A stretch of 64,000 nucleotides of DNA from the IMG/VR virus record IMGVR_UViG_3300008740_000712, positions 1-64,000 of that record, one strand, 5' to 3'. Positions 36,441 to 46,201 of the stretch are shown piece after piece. Origin of the DNA: a virus. The notes beneath the pieces were generated by a model, which saw nothing but the letters and a program-made list of their open reading frames with translations, did not search any database and had not been told where the DNA came from. A program made the translations under genes and the position numbers. Position 1 is the stretch's first letter; each line of letters starts with the position of its first letter.

Positions 36441-38364
36441 CGTTGTCTCCAATCTTTTGTTTCTCCAAACCTTCTACAATTTGTTTTATTTGATTCCTGG
36501 AATTGAAGAGAATTTTCTCTTCGTCTTCTTGGTAATTAGTTGTTTCGTTCTCATAAATTCCATTATCAATCCCTGTATATAACGTAGAGATGTCTGTCAA
36601 TCCTGGTAAAATGTTTCTCTTTGTGGAACTGGCAGTCTCTCTGCTGAATTTGGACTTCATGCTTTTTTGTCTGGCAGCATTTCTTTTCCCTATCTCACCC
36701 TTCTTGACACGGGTTTTTCCCTTCCATCCTTTTTTCGTATACTCTTGCCCCACTTTCACCTCTTCATCTTCCTCAAGTTCATCGGGGGCAGCAAGTAGAG
36801 TCTCCTCTTCTTCCGGCTCTTCTTCGGTATCACCCATGTCTCCTTCGAGATCGTCTCCGAGATCACCGCCCAGATCGTCACCGCCCATGCCACCTCCTAA
36901 GTCGTCACCACCCTCTTCGGGAGGTTCTTCGGCCGCGGTCAGGGCAGCAATAAGTTTCTTATCATAAAACATCTCTCTTTGCATACGGATAATTTCCTCG
37001 TCAGTTAATCCGAACAAGTGAGTGGCAATCCATCGATGACTAAAGAACCCCTCTGTTGCGGCCGAGGCAACGTCAAACTTTGTTCTCCAGTGTTCTAATT
37101 CCTGCAACTCAGCAATCTTAGATGGATTGTTGAGAGAAAGTTTAAAGGATACCAAATCATCGCCCCTGAAACCGAGAGTGTAAAGGTGAACAATGCCAAT
37201 CTTCTCAATCTCAGATAAGACACTTCTCTGCAATCTCTGTATGGTTCTGGCAAAACGAACATCCTTTTGTGCGAGGGTCGTCTTTTCTTCGTCGCCACCC
37301 TCTCCGCGGGAGAGGTATGACTGAGGGATCTTGAGAGCGGAGAATAATTTGTCTCTCAAGTATTTTACATCGTCTATGTCTCCTGTAAATGTTCCTCCTG
37401 GTAGATTCTCTATTCGGGAAGAGGCATCTCCTCTGACTGGCAAAAAGTAATCTTCCTCTACAGATAGGGGGTTGTATCTAAGATCAACCCTTCCTGTATT
37501 GACATCAACTACTTGATTTCTCTTCATAGAAGTCATTACTTTTTGCATATATTGTTCAACATCTTGGGGGGAGATGTTGCCAACATCAATGTAAAATACT
37601 CGTCGTTCCGGGGAACGAACGATTCGGTAAGCCATCATAGCATCTTCCAGTAAGGTAAGTTGCCTCCAGATCCTTCTTGCCGGCTCTAAAATAGAAGAAC
37701 CGTAGGGAACATATTTGTCATTTCCGAGGACGCGGAAGTGGGCAACTTGCCAGTTCTCGAAGGTGATACCACCTGAGTTCCACTGGAATTGTATATAATT
37801 CGGGTTTGTTGGATCTTCTCCCTCTAGTCTCTCCACTTCTTGTGGTGGCAGTCCAACCACGTTAGTGACCCCCAGAGTTTCGTCGATATCCATATAGAGA
37901 AAATAGTCTCCATATTTACACATCGAACGGCACCAACCGTATAAATTAAATTCTATGTTTAAAACATTGTGATAAAGATTCTGAAGGATTGTTCTGATCT
38001 CTTCGTTTTTGCAATTTATTTTGAGCATCTCTTGTAGAACTGTTGATGTCGTCATCTCGTCGGCATAAATATCCATTGCCGAGGCAATCTCAGGAACATA
38101 CTCCATTTGATCAAAGTCCGTATACCTCTCTGATCTATTTCTATTCATCATGTTTTCTGAATAGAACCTATCCATCGGGTTGTATGTCGTCTTTTGGAAG
38201 TTTAGTCCCTGTGCTGATTTAAATTTATACTTGTCTAAATCTCTGCGGCGTTGACGCCGGTACATCTGGACTCTCCTGTTTTGGAGTGGTCCTGAAAGTA
38301 ATCTCGTTAGGCTCCTAAAAAGTGGTGATTGATTGTTTCTTGGATTCTTTGTTTGATCTGCCAT
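36427..38364 (-). CDS. Portal protein (T4 gp20-like)
   Basis: Motifs EDAMMAYRIVRSPERRVFYIDVGN, EDYFLPVRG and IDDVKYLRDKLFSALKIP, followed by an acidic/Gly tail. Confidence 0.95.
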   Translation of the reverse strand: MADQTKNPRNNQSPLFRSLTRLLSGPLQNRRVQMYRRQRRRDLDKYKFKSAQGLNFQKTTYNPMDRFYSENMMNRNRSERYTDFDQMEYVPEIASAMDIYADEMTTSTVLQEMLKINCKNEEIRTILQNLYHNVLNIEFNLYGWCRSMCKYGDYFLYMDIDETLGVTNVVGLPPQEVERLEGEDPTNPNYIQFQWNSGGITFENWQVAHFRVLGNDKYVPYGSSILEPARRIWRQLTLLEDAMMAYRIVRSPERRVFYIDVGNISPQDVEQYMQKVMTSMKRNQVVDVNTGRVDLRYNPLSVEEDYFLPVRGDASSRIENLPGGTFTGDIDDVKYLRDKLFSALKIPQSYLSRGEGGDEEKTTLAQKDVRFARTIQRLQRSVLSEIEKIGIVHLYTLGFRGDDLVSFKLSLNNPSKIAELQELEHWRTKFDVASAATEGFFSHRWIATHLFGLTDEEIIRMQREMFYDKKLIAALTAAEEPPEEGGDDLGGGMGGDDLGGDLGDDLEGDMGDTEEEPEEEETLLAAPDELEEDEEVKVGQEYTKKGWKGKTRVKKGEIGKRNAARQKSMKSKFSRETASSTKRNILPGLTDISTLYTGIDNGIYENETTNYQEDEEKILFNSRNQIKQIVEGLEKQKIGDNDDEE

Positions 38365-38367
38365 TTA

Positions 38368-39963
38368 TTATCCCTTATATAACCATGAGTACTCTGATCT
38401 CTCTCTCAGAGCCCTCTCTCTTTCGGTTCCCCTGTCGTGGTCTAGTGTTCTAGTATACCCTGTTTGGCCAGGAATTTTAGTACTTATTTTAGTATTTGTC
38501 ACAACCATTGCATCAAGACAAGCCTTGTTATATTCCTCCGCACGTTTGTTCGCAATCAGGGCAGTATCTCTGACCCAACAGGCAATTGCAAGAGACATAA
38601 CGAGGTCGTCGTTGTATCCCCTCATTGCTTGGGGTTTACCATGAACCCAAACAAAAGTTCGGATTTCATCCAATACCCGATTGGAATATAGGATAAGTAG
38701 TTTGTTTCTGACGAATTCTTCCAATTTTGCAATAATCAGAGGTCTGGTTTTCATGGACGTGGTGAAGCCAGGGACAACATTTGTTCTATTTTCTGCCCCA
38801 ACGGGGTCTACCGATTCGTGTGTAGTTTTGTGGGAATAATATAAATTTGGGTAATTCTTTTCTATTAATTTTTCCAAAATATTGAAACCAATATTGTTAT
38901 TTTCAACAACTAGCAAACATTGACCATATTCGTTTGCCGTGGACGCAAGGAGATTTGCAAACATCTCTGAATTTGGTTTTCCCTTGTACTCTGCAACGAC
39001 CTCCATCGTTTCCAACTTTATGACGTGAAACACCGAATAGTCTTTTCCATCTCCCCTTGCAACGTCGGCAACGAGAAGATACTTATTCTCCTGTTTATAC
39101 TCTTCCCAAATCCATAGGTTGCGATCAAATGCTGTCCTGTGCTTTGGTTCAATAACGGCACCCATGATTCTTTCAATATCATCGGGATGAATAACTGTCT
39201 CCCCCGATGCGAGGAACGAACATTCCAGTTCTTGTGCTATTTCTCTGCGTGACATGTTTCTTGTTTCTTTTTCGAACCATGCTCGATCCCTATCGGGGTG
39301 GGTATCCCAGTTGAGAGTTGTGTGATGGAAATCGTTGACTTGGTTTTCTGAATCTATGAATGTCTTGTGAAACCAATTTCCCACACCGTTTGGTGTAGAG
39401 AGAGCAATGCACCTACCACCAGTTGATAAGGTTGGATACAGACCGGTCCAGAGATCGTCAAGTCCCTCAACGAAAGCAGCTTCATCGACGACGAGCAGGG
39501 ATAGTGCTTCCGAACGGCCTGCATCACCGGAAGTGGAAGTTGCTTTAATTTGGGAACCATTCGATAATTCAAAGGAGGTTCTGTTATCCACAGAGATGGT
39601 CGAAGTCAACAACCATGTGGGCAGATTCTTAATAATCTGCTTTACTTTTTTAACGAGATTTGTGGCAGTTCCGAGTTTGGTTGCAATTACCAAAACATTC
39701 TTATCTTTGTGAAACATCATCAACCACGCAACATATGCAGCAGTGACGGTCGATATGCCCAACTGCCTTGCCTTCAGGATGACATTAAATCGATAATCAT
39801 TAAAGTCTTTTAGGAGTTGGGTTTGAAAATCATATGTTTTGAACGGTATTTGCCCACGCATTGGATGGGTGATACGAGCATAGGTGTTTGTGAAATAGAC
39901 TGGATCTTTGCCAGATTGGAGAATCTCGCTAACAATCTCTTTTTTTGTTAGCTGATAGCTCAT
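38368..39963 (-). CDS. Terminase large subunit (T4 gp17-like)
   Basis: Walker A LKARQLGIST, Walker B VVDEAAF, coupling motif ALSTPNG, and nuclease ADVARGDGKDYS...DDLVMS. Confidence 0.96.
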   Translation of the reverse strand: MSYQLTKKEIVSEILQSGKDPVYFTNTYARITHPMRGQIPFKTYDFQTQLLKDFNDYRFNVILKARQLGISTVTAAYVAWLMMFHKDKNVLVIATKLGTATNLVKKVKQIIKNLPTWLLTSTISVDNRTSFELSNGSQIKATSTSGDAGRSEALSLLVVDEAAFVEGLDDLWTGLYPTLSTGGRCIALSTPNGVGNWFHKTFIDSENQVNDFHHTTLNWDTHPDRDRAWFEKETRNMSRREIAQELECSFLASGETVIHPDDIERIMGAVIEPKHRTAFDRNLWIWEEYKQENKYLLVADVARGDGKDYSVFHVIKLETMEVVAEYKGKPNSEMFANLLASTANEYGQCLLVVENNNIGFNILEKLIEKNYPNLYYSHKTTHESVDPVGAENRTNVVPGFTTSMKTRPLIIAKLEEFVRNKLLILYSNRVLDEIRTFVWVHGKPQAMRGYNDDLVMSLAIACWVRDTALIANKRAEEYNKACLDAMVVTNTKISTKIPGQTGYTRTLDHDRGTERERALRERSEYSWLYKG

Positions 39964-39969
39964 GGATTG

Positions 39970-40158
39970 TTACTTGTCCCTTCTTCCTTTTCGGACATCG
40001 AGAACATGTTGTCTCAAATCCTTTAATAATTTTGACGCGTCCATTGCCTTTTTTCGCAACCTAGTTCCCGGTGCATCCATGCCTCGGTCAAACTTTTCAC
40101 TGTCGGCAACTGCGACGGTCAATAAATCTAAAATCTCTCTCAACTTCTCTGTTGTCAT
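39970..40158 (-). CDS. Histone H1-like Hc1-family small basic protein
   Basis: D.EKFD.G..A.GTRLRK......K..K..R..V resembles the Hc1 core (G.KAAGTR.RK). SD GGAG. Confidence 0.65.
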   Translation of the reverse strand: MTTEKLREILDLLTVAVADSEKFDRGMDAPGTRLRKKAMDASKLLKDLRQHVLDVRKGRRDK

Positions 40159-40160
40159 CT

Positions 40161-40535
40161 CTAATCATTCTCCATTCGTTCGATCCACTTTTCCTCTCTG
40201 CCTTCAACATGTTGTACATAACATTTGAAGCAGCACCTAAACTTGTTCATGTAAAGGTCGTCTTTTGCACTAAAAGAATATTCCTCACAGGAAGGACAAG
40301 TCCTCTCTTCTCTCCTAGTAAGTAGTTTTTTCGAGATTAAAACACCCTCATGTTCCACTAGGTCGTCCTTAGAACGATTTTCCCTCTCTAACTTAGCAAT
40401 TTTCTTGAGTTGTTCAATGTATTCTTTTTCTTTTTTTTCGTCCCAATTGCTTCTGGGGTTCTGAACTGTTTCGTCTCCATACTTTTCCGCGATTGCCATT
40501 TCGTATTGGCCTAGGTTTGTGCCGTCGTTTTTCAC
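40161..40535 (-). CDS. Zn-finger hypothetical protein
   Basis: CPSC...CCFKC motif. The likely start is GTG 40535 with SD GAGGT; the track's longer start overlaps the upstream gene. Confidence 0.65.
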   Translation of the reverse strand: MKNDGTNLGQYEMAIAEKYGDETVQNPRSNWDEKKEKEYIEQLKKIAKLERENRSKDDLVEHEGVLISKKLLTRREERTCPSCEEYSFSAKDDLYMNKFRCCFKCYVQHVEGREEKWIERMEND

Positions 40536-40540
40536 TTCTC

Positions 40541-40978
40541 TTACCTCGTAATTTGGACAGAAGCATAAAAAATGCCCACAGAAAGGAGAATCCCGGAAAG
40601 GGCACCACCAGCAAACCAAAAAGAAGAGTAGTCTTTACTTTCTTCTTCGACAATCTTGAGGAGCCTGTCGTTCTCCTTTTTCTGCGTTTCGATAATAAGG
40701 TCTTTCTTGCTGACTTGAGCAGATAGTTCCGCTTTTTCTCTTGCAGTGTCAAGTTCACATTTTGATCTTGTTTTGTCTTTTTCATAATCAACTTTGACCT
40801 GACACTTCTCTATTTCAAATTCCCTCTCGGCAAGAATCTTTGCACCTGTCTTAGAATCAATCAAGATCCCAGTGAAGGGTGCTTTTGTGTCCTTTTTTAT
40901 AACCACGATCTGTGATTCGTCAGCAAAGGATGCTGTTGTAAATGTAAATATCGCAATGAGTGCTAAAATTCTCTTCAT
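40541..40978 (-). CDS. Exported protein with signal peptide, coiled coil and C-terminal TM (possible spanin-like component)
   Basis: Signal peptide MKRILALIAIFTFTTASFA and C-terminal FWFAGGALSGILLSVGIFYA. No lipobox Cys. Confidence 0.5.
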   Translation of the reverse strand: MKRILALIAIFTFTTASFADESQIVVIKKDTKAPFTGILIDSKTGAKILAEREFEIEKCQVKVDYEKDKTRSKCELDTAREKAELSAQVSKKDLIIETQKKENDRLLKIVEEESKDYSSFWFAGGALSGILLSVGIFYASVQITR

Positions 40979-41340
40979 TAGTTACCAAATTCTTTCATTA
41001 GTTCTTCCGCAATTTTGTCGATGTCGTCTGTCAACTCTTTTTCTCGTGCTTCGATTTTGTTATCGACATTCGTTTCATCTTTCTTTTTCTTCTTTTCGAT
41101 CTTTCTCATGTCGGTGGTGTGTTTGTCTGCTGCCTTGGTTTTTGCAGCATCTCTTTCGTCATACACCTTCGTAAGTTTGTCTAAGGACTCTTGGTGATCC
41201 TTTTGTGCGGAGGTGATTAAACCGAGAAGAGTTGCTATCTTAGACCTGTATACCACGAAGGCAACAAGCAAAGATAGCAGCACAAGTGGGATGTACCAAT
41301 AATGCTTTAGGAATAACCATACTCTTCTCAATGTCATCAC
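40978..41340 (-). CDS. N-terminal TM + charged coiled coil (i-spanin-like)
   Basis: YWYIPLVLLSLLVAFVVY followed by a K/E/D-rich helix. Lies directly after the holin-like gene. Confidence 0.55.
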   Translation of the reverse strand: MMTLRRVWLFLKHYWYIPLVLLSLLVAFVVYRSKIATLLGLITSAQKDHQESLDKLTKVYDERDAAKTKAADKHTTDMRKIEKKKKKDETNVDNKIEAREKELTDDIDKIAEELMKEFGN

Positions 41341-41580
41341 TTATGCCTTCTTCCATGCAACGGCCAAGTCAACTGCTGCCTGACTGCCAATGTATACTAA
41401 GGAAATAGCAACCCAATCACCGGATGCTAATCCACCTGTGAGTAATAGTGCTGAACCTGTCAACCATACGAGAAGTTTTCTCGATGTTATCTTGCTCACT
41501 GCTTGGTCAAGTAGCCCACCTTCGGGTACTGCCGCTGTCAATGCTTTCATTGCTGTGCTTGTTTTCTTTCTTGTAGCCAT
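41341..41580 (-). CDS. Holin-like small membrane protein
   Basis: 79 aa with two hydrophobic segments after SRKLLVW and a basic C-terminus. SD AGGAG. Confidence 0.55.
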   Translation of the reverse strand: MATRKKTSTAMKALTAAVPEGGLLDQAVSKITSRKLLVWLTGSALLLTGGLASGDWVAISLVYIGSQAAVDLAVAWKKA

Positions 41581-41592
41581 AGTTTGTTTCTC

Positions 41593-44500
41593 CTAACTAT
41601 TAACGCAAGCATAACCATCAACTTTATCGATGTCGATAGTCATGTCCACGCAGTCTTTTAAACTGTCGAGGTGGGAAATGAGGATAACATTTTTAAATTG
41701 TGATTTTACCAAGTCGATAATCCTGATAAAACCTTCCATGTTTTCCTCATCAAGTGCCGTTCCCGGTTCATCGAGAATGAAAATGTCTCCCTTTGGTAAG
41801 GATGACACGTTCAATAACGCAAGACGGATTGCCATTGCAGCAAGAGTCTTCTCGGCACCTGAACCCAACTCAATAGGTCTAGCATCATACTTTGGATGCT
41901 TAATATAAATATCAAGCTTTTCCTCTGAGTTCTCAAAGAAAACTTCAAATTCTACAATGTTAGACAAAATCTTCGATATCTCCTCGTTAATAATCGGTAA
42001 TTTATTTTTGATTATTTTATAGGAAATTCCGTTTGGATGCATACATCTCATGAAAAGATCATAAGCAGCATACTTCTTTTGGTATTCCTCAAGTTGTTCT
42101 TTCTGCTCGTTCAAGTTTTTAATCTTCTCCTCAAATGTCCCCTCCTGCTTATGAAGTGAGATTAGTTGCTGTTCGCAACATTCAATCTCCTCTTCAACAG
42201 AAAGAAGCATCTCCTTCTTCTGTTTTACCATACTTTCGAGATTATTTAAGTTCTCAATTATTTCTTTGTTTGCGTTGTATAGTTCAAGCTTATTATTAAG
42301 TTCGGACAAGGAAGTCATGTGACCCTTGATAGTTCCATTGTTCTTCTCCATGCTCAATTGAAGTTTTGTTATCTCTGTCTCCACACCGCCTCGGACAAGC
42401 ATAAGTTGATTATACTTCTCGATATGTTCCTGTAACTTGTTGGGGTCTTCTTGTTGAAGTTGTCCCCTCTTCTTTGTAACAAGAGAGTCAAAACTTATAA
42501 ACTGTGATTCAAGGTCTTTTAATTTGGATTTAGACTCATGGGCATCGCATATAAATCTACAATGACTGTATTCGTCTCCACATGGAACCTCTTCCAGCCT
42601 AAGAGACTTCTGTTTTGCGGAATCAATATCTCTTGAAATTCGATTCATTGTTGTAGTAAGAACAGACACTTCGTCGTTTAGTTCATCAAGTTTCCTCTTT
42701 CTTTCCTTTTTATCTTCGTACCCAAAAGATGCAGAGAACTCTGTGATAGAATTTAACTTTCCTCTCTTGAGAGAAATGAGGTTGGCATGTTCCTTGTTCT
42801 TGTCTCGACACTCCTCAATCACAATTTGCTTTTTCTCAATTAACGACATCAGGTTTCCAATATCGATAATCTCCCTGGGGATGCTGTCAATCTTTTGCTG
42901 GATTGAAGTGATGTCCTTCTTTATCCGCCGGGTTTTGGCCTTCAATTTCTTACAATCTGCCGATTGATCGGAGATAGAGTTGGCAATCTTCATCTGACTG
43001 ATGGTGGCATCTTCGAGTTCATCAGCATAGTTTCTCTGTTCCAACTTCCTGAGAAGTGCTTTTGTCTCTGCTGCCTCTTCTTTTGCAAGAAGATGTTTCT
43101 TGTTGAAAAACAGAAGATCGAGAAACTTGGCAAGGATCTTTTTACGGTTCTTGTTACCCTCCGATACAAAGGTGAGAGAACCTAACTGAGATGACATAGA
43201 GGTGGTGAGGAAATCCTCAAGGGTTCCGAACTGTTTTCTAATGTTGTTATCAGTGTCCGTTCTCGTTAGTCCGTTCAATGATTCGGTTTCTCCCGATGAC
43301 AAGTCGTTAGACGAAAAGTCTAACATGGTCTTGGCTTCGGTTGACTCAACACCGTGAAGTCGTTTCTTATACTTTTCCAAGGTTCTGTCAACCAAGAACA
43401 ACCGATCATTAACTTGGATGGTTGCTTTGCCGTGGGCATAGTCTTTCTGTTGGTTGATGATACCTACACTCTTCCTCTCGTTCTTGGAGGTGCTATTAAA
43501 TAAAGTGTAAAGCAGTGTATCGACGACACTACTCTTTCCTGAGAAGTTCTTTCCGAATACACCGATGACACCACTCAGCATGTCGAAGTCTAATGAATTA
43601 CCCTCACCGTAGTTAAAGAAGTTATCGAACTCAAGTTTCTTCAAGCTCCAATTAACATAACGAGACACATCCTCTGATTGCTCTACCTCGGCATTGTATT
43701 TCTTGTTGAGGTTAAAAACCTCTTGTAAAGTTTCCTCGTCGGGATTGTAATCCGTAAGGTATTCACGGATAAACTTTTCCTGCACACCTGTGTCTCGAAG
43801 GTTGCCCTCTTCGGCAAAGATGTTTTCATGTTCGCCAGAGGATGAACCAATGGTAGAGTTGTTAAAAACAACACTTTCTGGTTTGAACCTTGATGCAACA
43901 ACGGACTTTGCCTTCATGATAGCATCAAGTGGCAATTTGTTCTTTGCTTGCAACCTAACTCTCGCACCAGGTGGCAAGTCAGTTCCACGAGGGAGTTTTC
44001 CCTTGGGAGTTAACACAATTGTGATGAAAGGCTTTGGATTAGGGATCGCATAATGAGTGCAGGTATACTTATCCCTGTTCTCGATATCCCAAATTACAAA
44101 ACCCTTATCATTTGATTCACCAAAGTTTTGCTGAACTGTGGATCCGGGATATCTAATCTTGCCCTTCTTATCGAGAATTTGGTTTGTTTTGTGGATGTCC
44201 CCCAGGAACGCATAGTCGAAGTTTTGAAGGGTTTTTAAATCCACCTCCCCGTTCTCCATAGTCCAACCTAAGTCGGTCTTACAACCCGACACAGACCCAT
44301 GAAACAGGGCAATATTGATCTTGTCATCGTTAGTCGGTTCAATCCAATTATCTTTATCGAAAACTGAGAGGACGTTTAGTGTAATCTCTTCGTTCATCTG
44401 TACCTCTTGTGAGTCTCGATGGATGAAGAGATTGGGGTGTTCCAATGCTTCTGCAACAGGAGTTACTGCATCAAGACGGCCTTGGTTCTTCAAGTTTCCG

Positions 44501-44745
44501 TCGTGGTTCCCAAGAATGACATGTGTTGGTGCGATGTCTGCCAAGGATGACAGGAAGTCACCGCACATGTCGAAGTACTCAGGGGACAGTTGTGTCTTTG
44601 TGTGAGCAATATCACCGCAATGAATGATATAATCCACTTTCTTCTTTTTTAATAACTTGTACATACGAGAAAAGATTTCTCGATATTCTTTGTGATACTT
44701 ATAATTTCTTATGTGTGTATCTGCAATATGTGCTATTCTAACCAT
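41593..44745 (-). CDS. Single-chain Mre11/SbcD nuclease - Rad50/SbcC ATPase fusion (gp47+gp46-like)
   Basis: Phosphoesterase motifs HIADTH, GDIAH, GNHD and GDIH; Walker A GKNFSGKSS; coiled coil with central Cys cluster; signature GSGAE; Walker B ILDEP; LISH. Confidence 0.92.
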   Translation of the reverse strand: MVRIAHIADTHIRNYKYHKEYREIFSRMYKLLKKKKVDYIIHCGDIAHTKTQLSPEYFDMCGDFLSSLADIAPTHVILGNHDGNLKNQGRLDAVTPVAEALEHPNLFIHRDSQEVQMNEEITLNVLSVFDKDNWIEPTNDDKINIALFHGSVSGCKTDLGWTMENGEVDLKTLQNFDYAFLGDIHKTNQILDKKGKIRYPGSTVQQNFGESNDKGFVIWDIENRDKYTCTHYAIPNPKPFITIVLTPKGKLPRGTDLPPGARVRLQAKNKLPLDAIMKAKSVVASRFKPESVVFNNSTIGSSSGEHENIFAEEGNLRDTGVQEKFIREYLTDYNPDEETLQEVFNLNKKYNAEVEQSEDVSRYVNWSLKKLEFDNFFNYGEGNSLDFDMLSGVIGVFGKNFSGKSSVVDTLLYTLFNSTSKNERKSVGIINQQKDYAHGKATIQVNDRLFLVDRTLEKYKKRLHGVESTEAKTMLDFSSNDLSSGETESLNGLTRTDTDNNIRKQFGTLEDFLTTSMSSQLGSLTFVSEGNKNRKKILAKFLDLLFFNKKHLLAKEEAAETKALLRKLEQRNYADELEDATISQMKIANSISDQSADCKKLKAKTRRIKKDITSIQQKIDSIPREIIDIGNLMSLIEKKQIVIEECRDKNKEHANLISLKRGKLNSITEFSASFGYEDKKERKRKLDELNDEVSVLTTTMNRISRDIDSAKQKSLRLEEVPCGDEYSHCRFICDAHESKSKLKDLESQFISFDSLVTKKRGQLQQEDPNKLQEHIEKYNQLMLVRGGVETEITKLQLSMEKNNGTIKGHMTSLSELNNKLELYNANKEIIENLNNLESMVKQKKEMLLSVEEEIECCEQQLISLHKQEGTFEEKIKNLNEQKEQLEEYQKKYAAYDLFMRCMHPNGISYKIIKNKLPIINEEISKILSNIVEFEVFFENSEEKLDIYIKHPKYDARPIELGSGAEKTLAAMAIRLALLNVSSLPKGDIFILDEPGTALDEENMEGFIRIIDLVKSQFKNVILISHLDSLKDCVDMTIDIDKVDGYACVNS

Positions 44746-44757
44746 ATATAAAAATTC

Positions 44758-45702
44758 CTATATCCCAAGAGCCTCGATGATTAACATCTGCTCTTGGGTC
44801 ATTATTTGTGCCGATTCTTTCCTCTCCTGAAAGACAGATCTTGGCATTGATCCGACATCATCAAAACCCGAAGTATCTATTTTATACACTTCGAAGTCAT
44901 ATGTCAAGAGTTTTTTTATTATTTTTGTTTCCTTTGATGAGGCATCTGCATCGAGTGCCATGTAGATCGGAGTATCATGTTGCACCAACTTCTTGAAAAG
45001 TTTAGAGTCTTCACGAAGTGTTGACCCCAAGAGTGGAACTGAGTTTCCTGCTACAATGGCATCGAAGACACCTTCTACAATAACTAAATCGTTGGTCCAA
45101 TCGACAAAGAGTTCATTGAAGACAACATCCTTGCTTGCGGGAGGGTTCTTGTACTTCATCCAATTGTCATCGTATGCTCGTGCAATGAAGTAATTCAAAT
45201 CTCCTTCGGCATCGAATGATGGGATGATTATGCGACCTGAGAATTCTCCCGCATCACAGTATCCTATTTTCCAAGTGAGAACATCATCGTTTGTTATCTC
45301 TCTCTTTTTCAAATACTTTTTCGGATAGATTGCAGTTGGTTTGCAATGCCTCGATGTGAGACTTTTAAAACTATCGGGCATAGAGATAATATCCTTTATC
45401 TCGACTTCTTCGACTTCTGTCTTAAAGAGGTCTTCTAGGGATGCCGCATTAGCTAAATCTATCTTGTCATCCAGTTTCTCCCAGTCGCGGCGGGACTTGA
45501 AGTCACCATACCGACGAACAAGTCGGTGGATGCCCCTAGAACTATAGTCGCAAATCCAGCACTTAAAAGCATTCAGTTCAAGGTTGACTGACATCTTCCT
45601 CTTGTGGTGCTTACATTTTGGACAATAAAATAAAATTTCATCCCCGGATCGGTAATACCCTCCGAGGACTCTTTTAAGAACATTAAGTTTCTCTGTATCC
45701 AA
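44758..45702 (-). CDS. DNA primase-like protein (Zn-binding + TOPRIM)
   Basis: CPKC...C..C zinc finger, RIIIP.FD..G....F.AR, TOPRIM VIVEGVFDA and ALDADA. Confidence 0.85.
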   Translation of the reverse strand: MDTEKLNVLKRVLGGYYRSGDEILFYCPKCKHHKRKMSVNLELNAFKCWICDYSSRGIHRLVRRYGDFKSRRDWEKLDDKIDLANAASLEDLFKTEVEEVEIKDIISMPDSFKSLTSRHCKPTAIYPKKYLKKREITNDDVLTWKIGYCDAGEFSGRIIIPSFDAEGDLNYFIARAYDDNWMKYKNPPASKDVVFNELFVDWTNDLVIVEGVFDAIVAGNSVPLLGSTLREDSKLFKKLVQHDTPIYMALDADASSKETKIIKKLLTYDFEVYKIDTSGFDDVGSMPRSVFQERKESAQIMTQEQMLIIEALGI

Positions 45703-46201
45703 GAAAACCTGCCTTTGCTACAATATAACTATCTGCTTTATCGAATGAACCGGGTTTGGGATTACCAAACTTGGTATATTCTATCACAAAATCATCCACA
45801 CTTTCAGCTACAAAATTGAGAACAAACTCTTTTGCCCTAATTCCCCTCGGAACTTTTACTCCGCAATGCTTTCGTGCTGTGGTGGAAACAATAAATTCGG
45901 GATTAAATCCGAATCTCTCCCTACAAATCCAACTAATTATCCCGTTGAACTTTGCGAGTGTTGTGATGACTTTTGCCGACGAGCCTCCAGTGCCAAAGAA
46001 ACTACTGACAGGCTTTTCGATGATAACTCGAACAGTATCATCAAACTGTGTGCTACATAACTCATTTTTTACTACCTCTGCCTTTGTAAAGTGATCCTTG
46101 TATTTTCTCAAGTCCCATGCATTACAATACACTATTTTGCCATCGTTGTCAAGTAGTGTTGCTCCAACGATGGATGTGCTAACATCCAGTCCCAATATCA
46201 T
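45683..46201 (-). CDS. RuvC-like Holliday junction resolvase
   Basis: MILGLDVST start, IIEKP, and C-terminal DKADSYIVA. Confidence 0.8.
   Translation of the reverse strand: MILGLDVSTSIVGATLLDNDGKIVYCNAWDLRKYKDHFTKAEVVKNELCSTQFDDTVRVIIEKPVSSFFGTGGSSAKVITTLAKFNGIISWICRERFGFNPEFIVSTTARKHCGVKVPRGIRAKEFVLNFVAESVDDFVIEYTKFGNPKPGSFDKADSYIVAKAGFLGYRET

Noticed and set aside
36427-39963. Inteins or introns in terminase/portal
   Set aside because: Lengths and motif spacing are ordinary, and no homing endonuclease or intein motifs were seen.
40536-40619. Track start MVCWWCPFRDSPFCG for the Zn-finger gene
   Set aside because: It overlaps the preceding gene's 3' end. An SD-supported GTG at 40535 is more plausible, so the extra Cys-rich segment is probably not translated.
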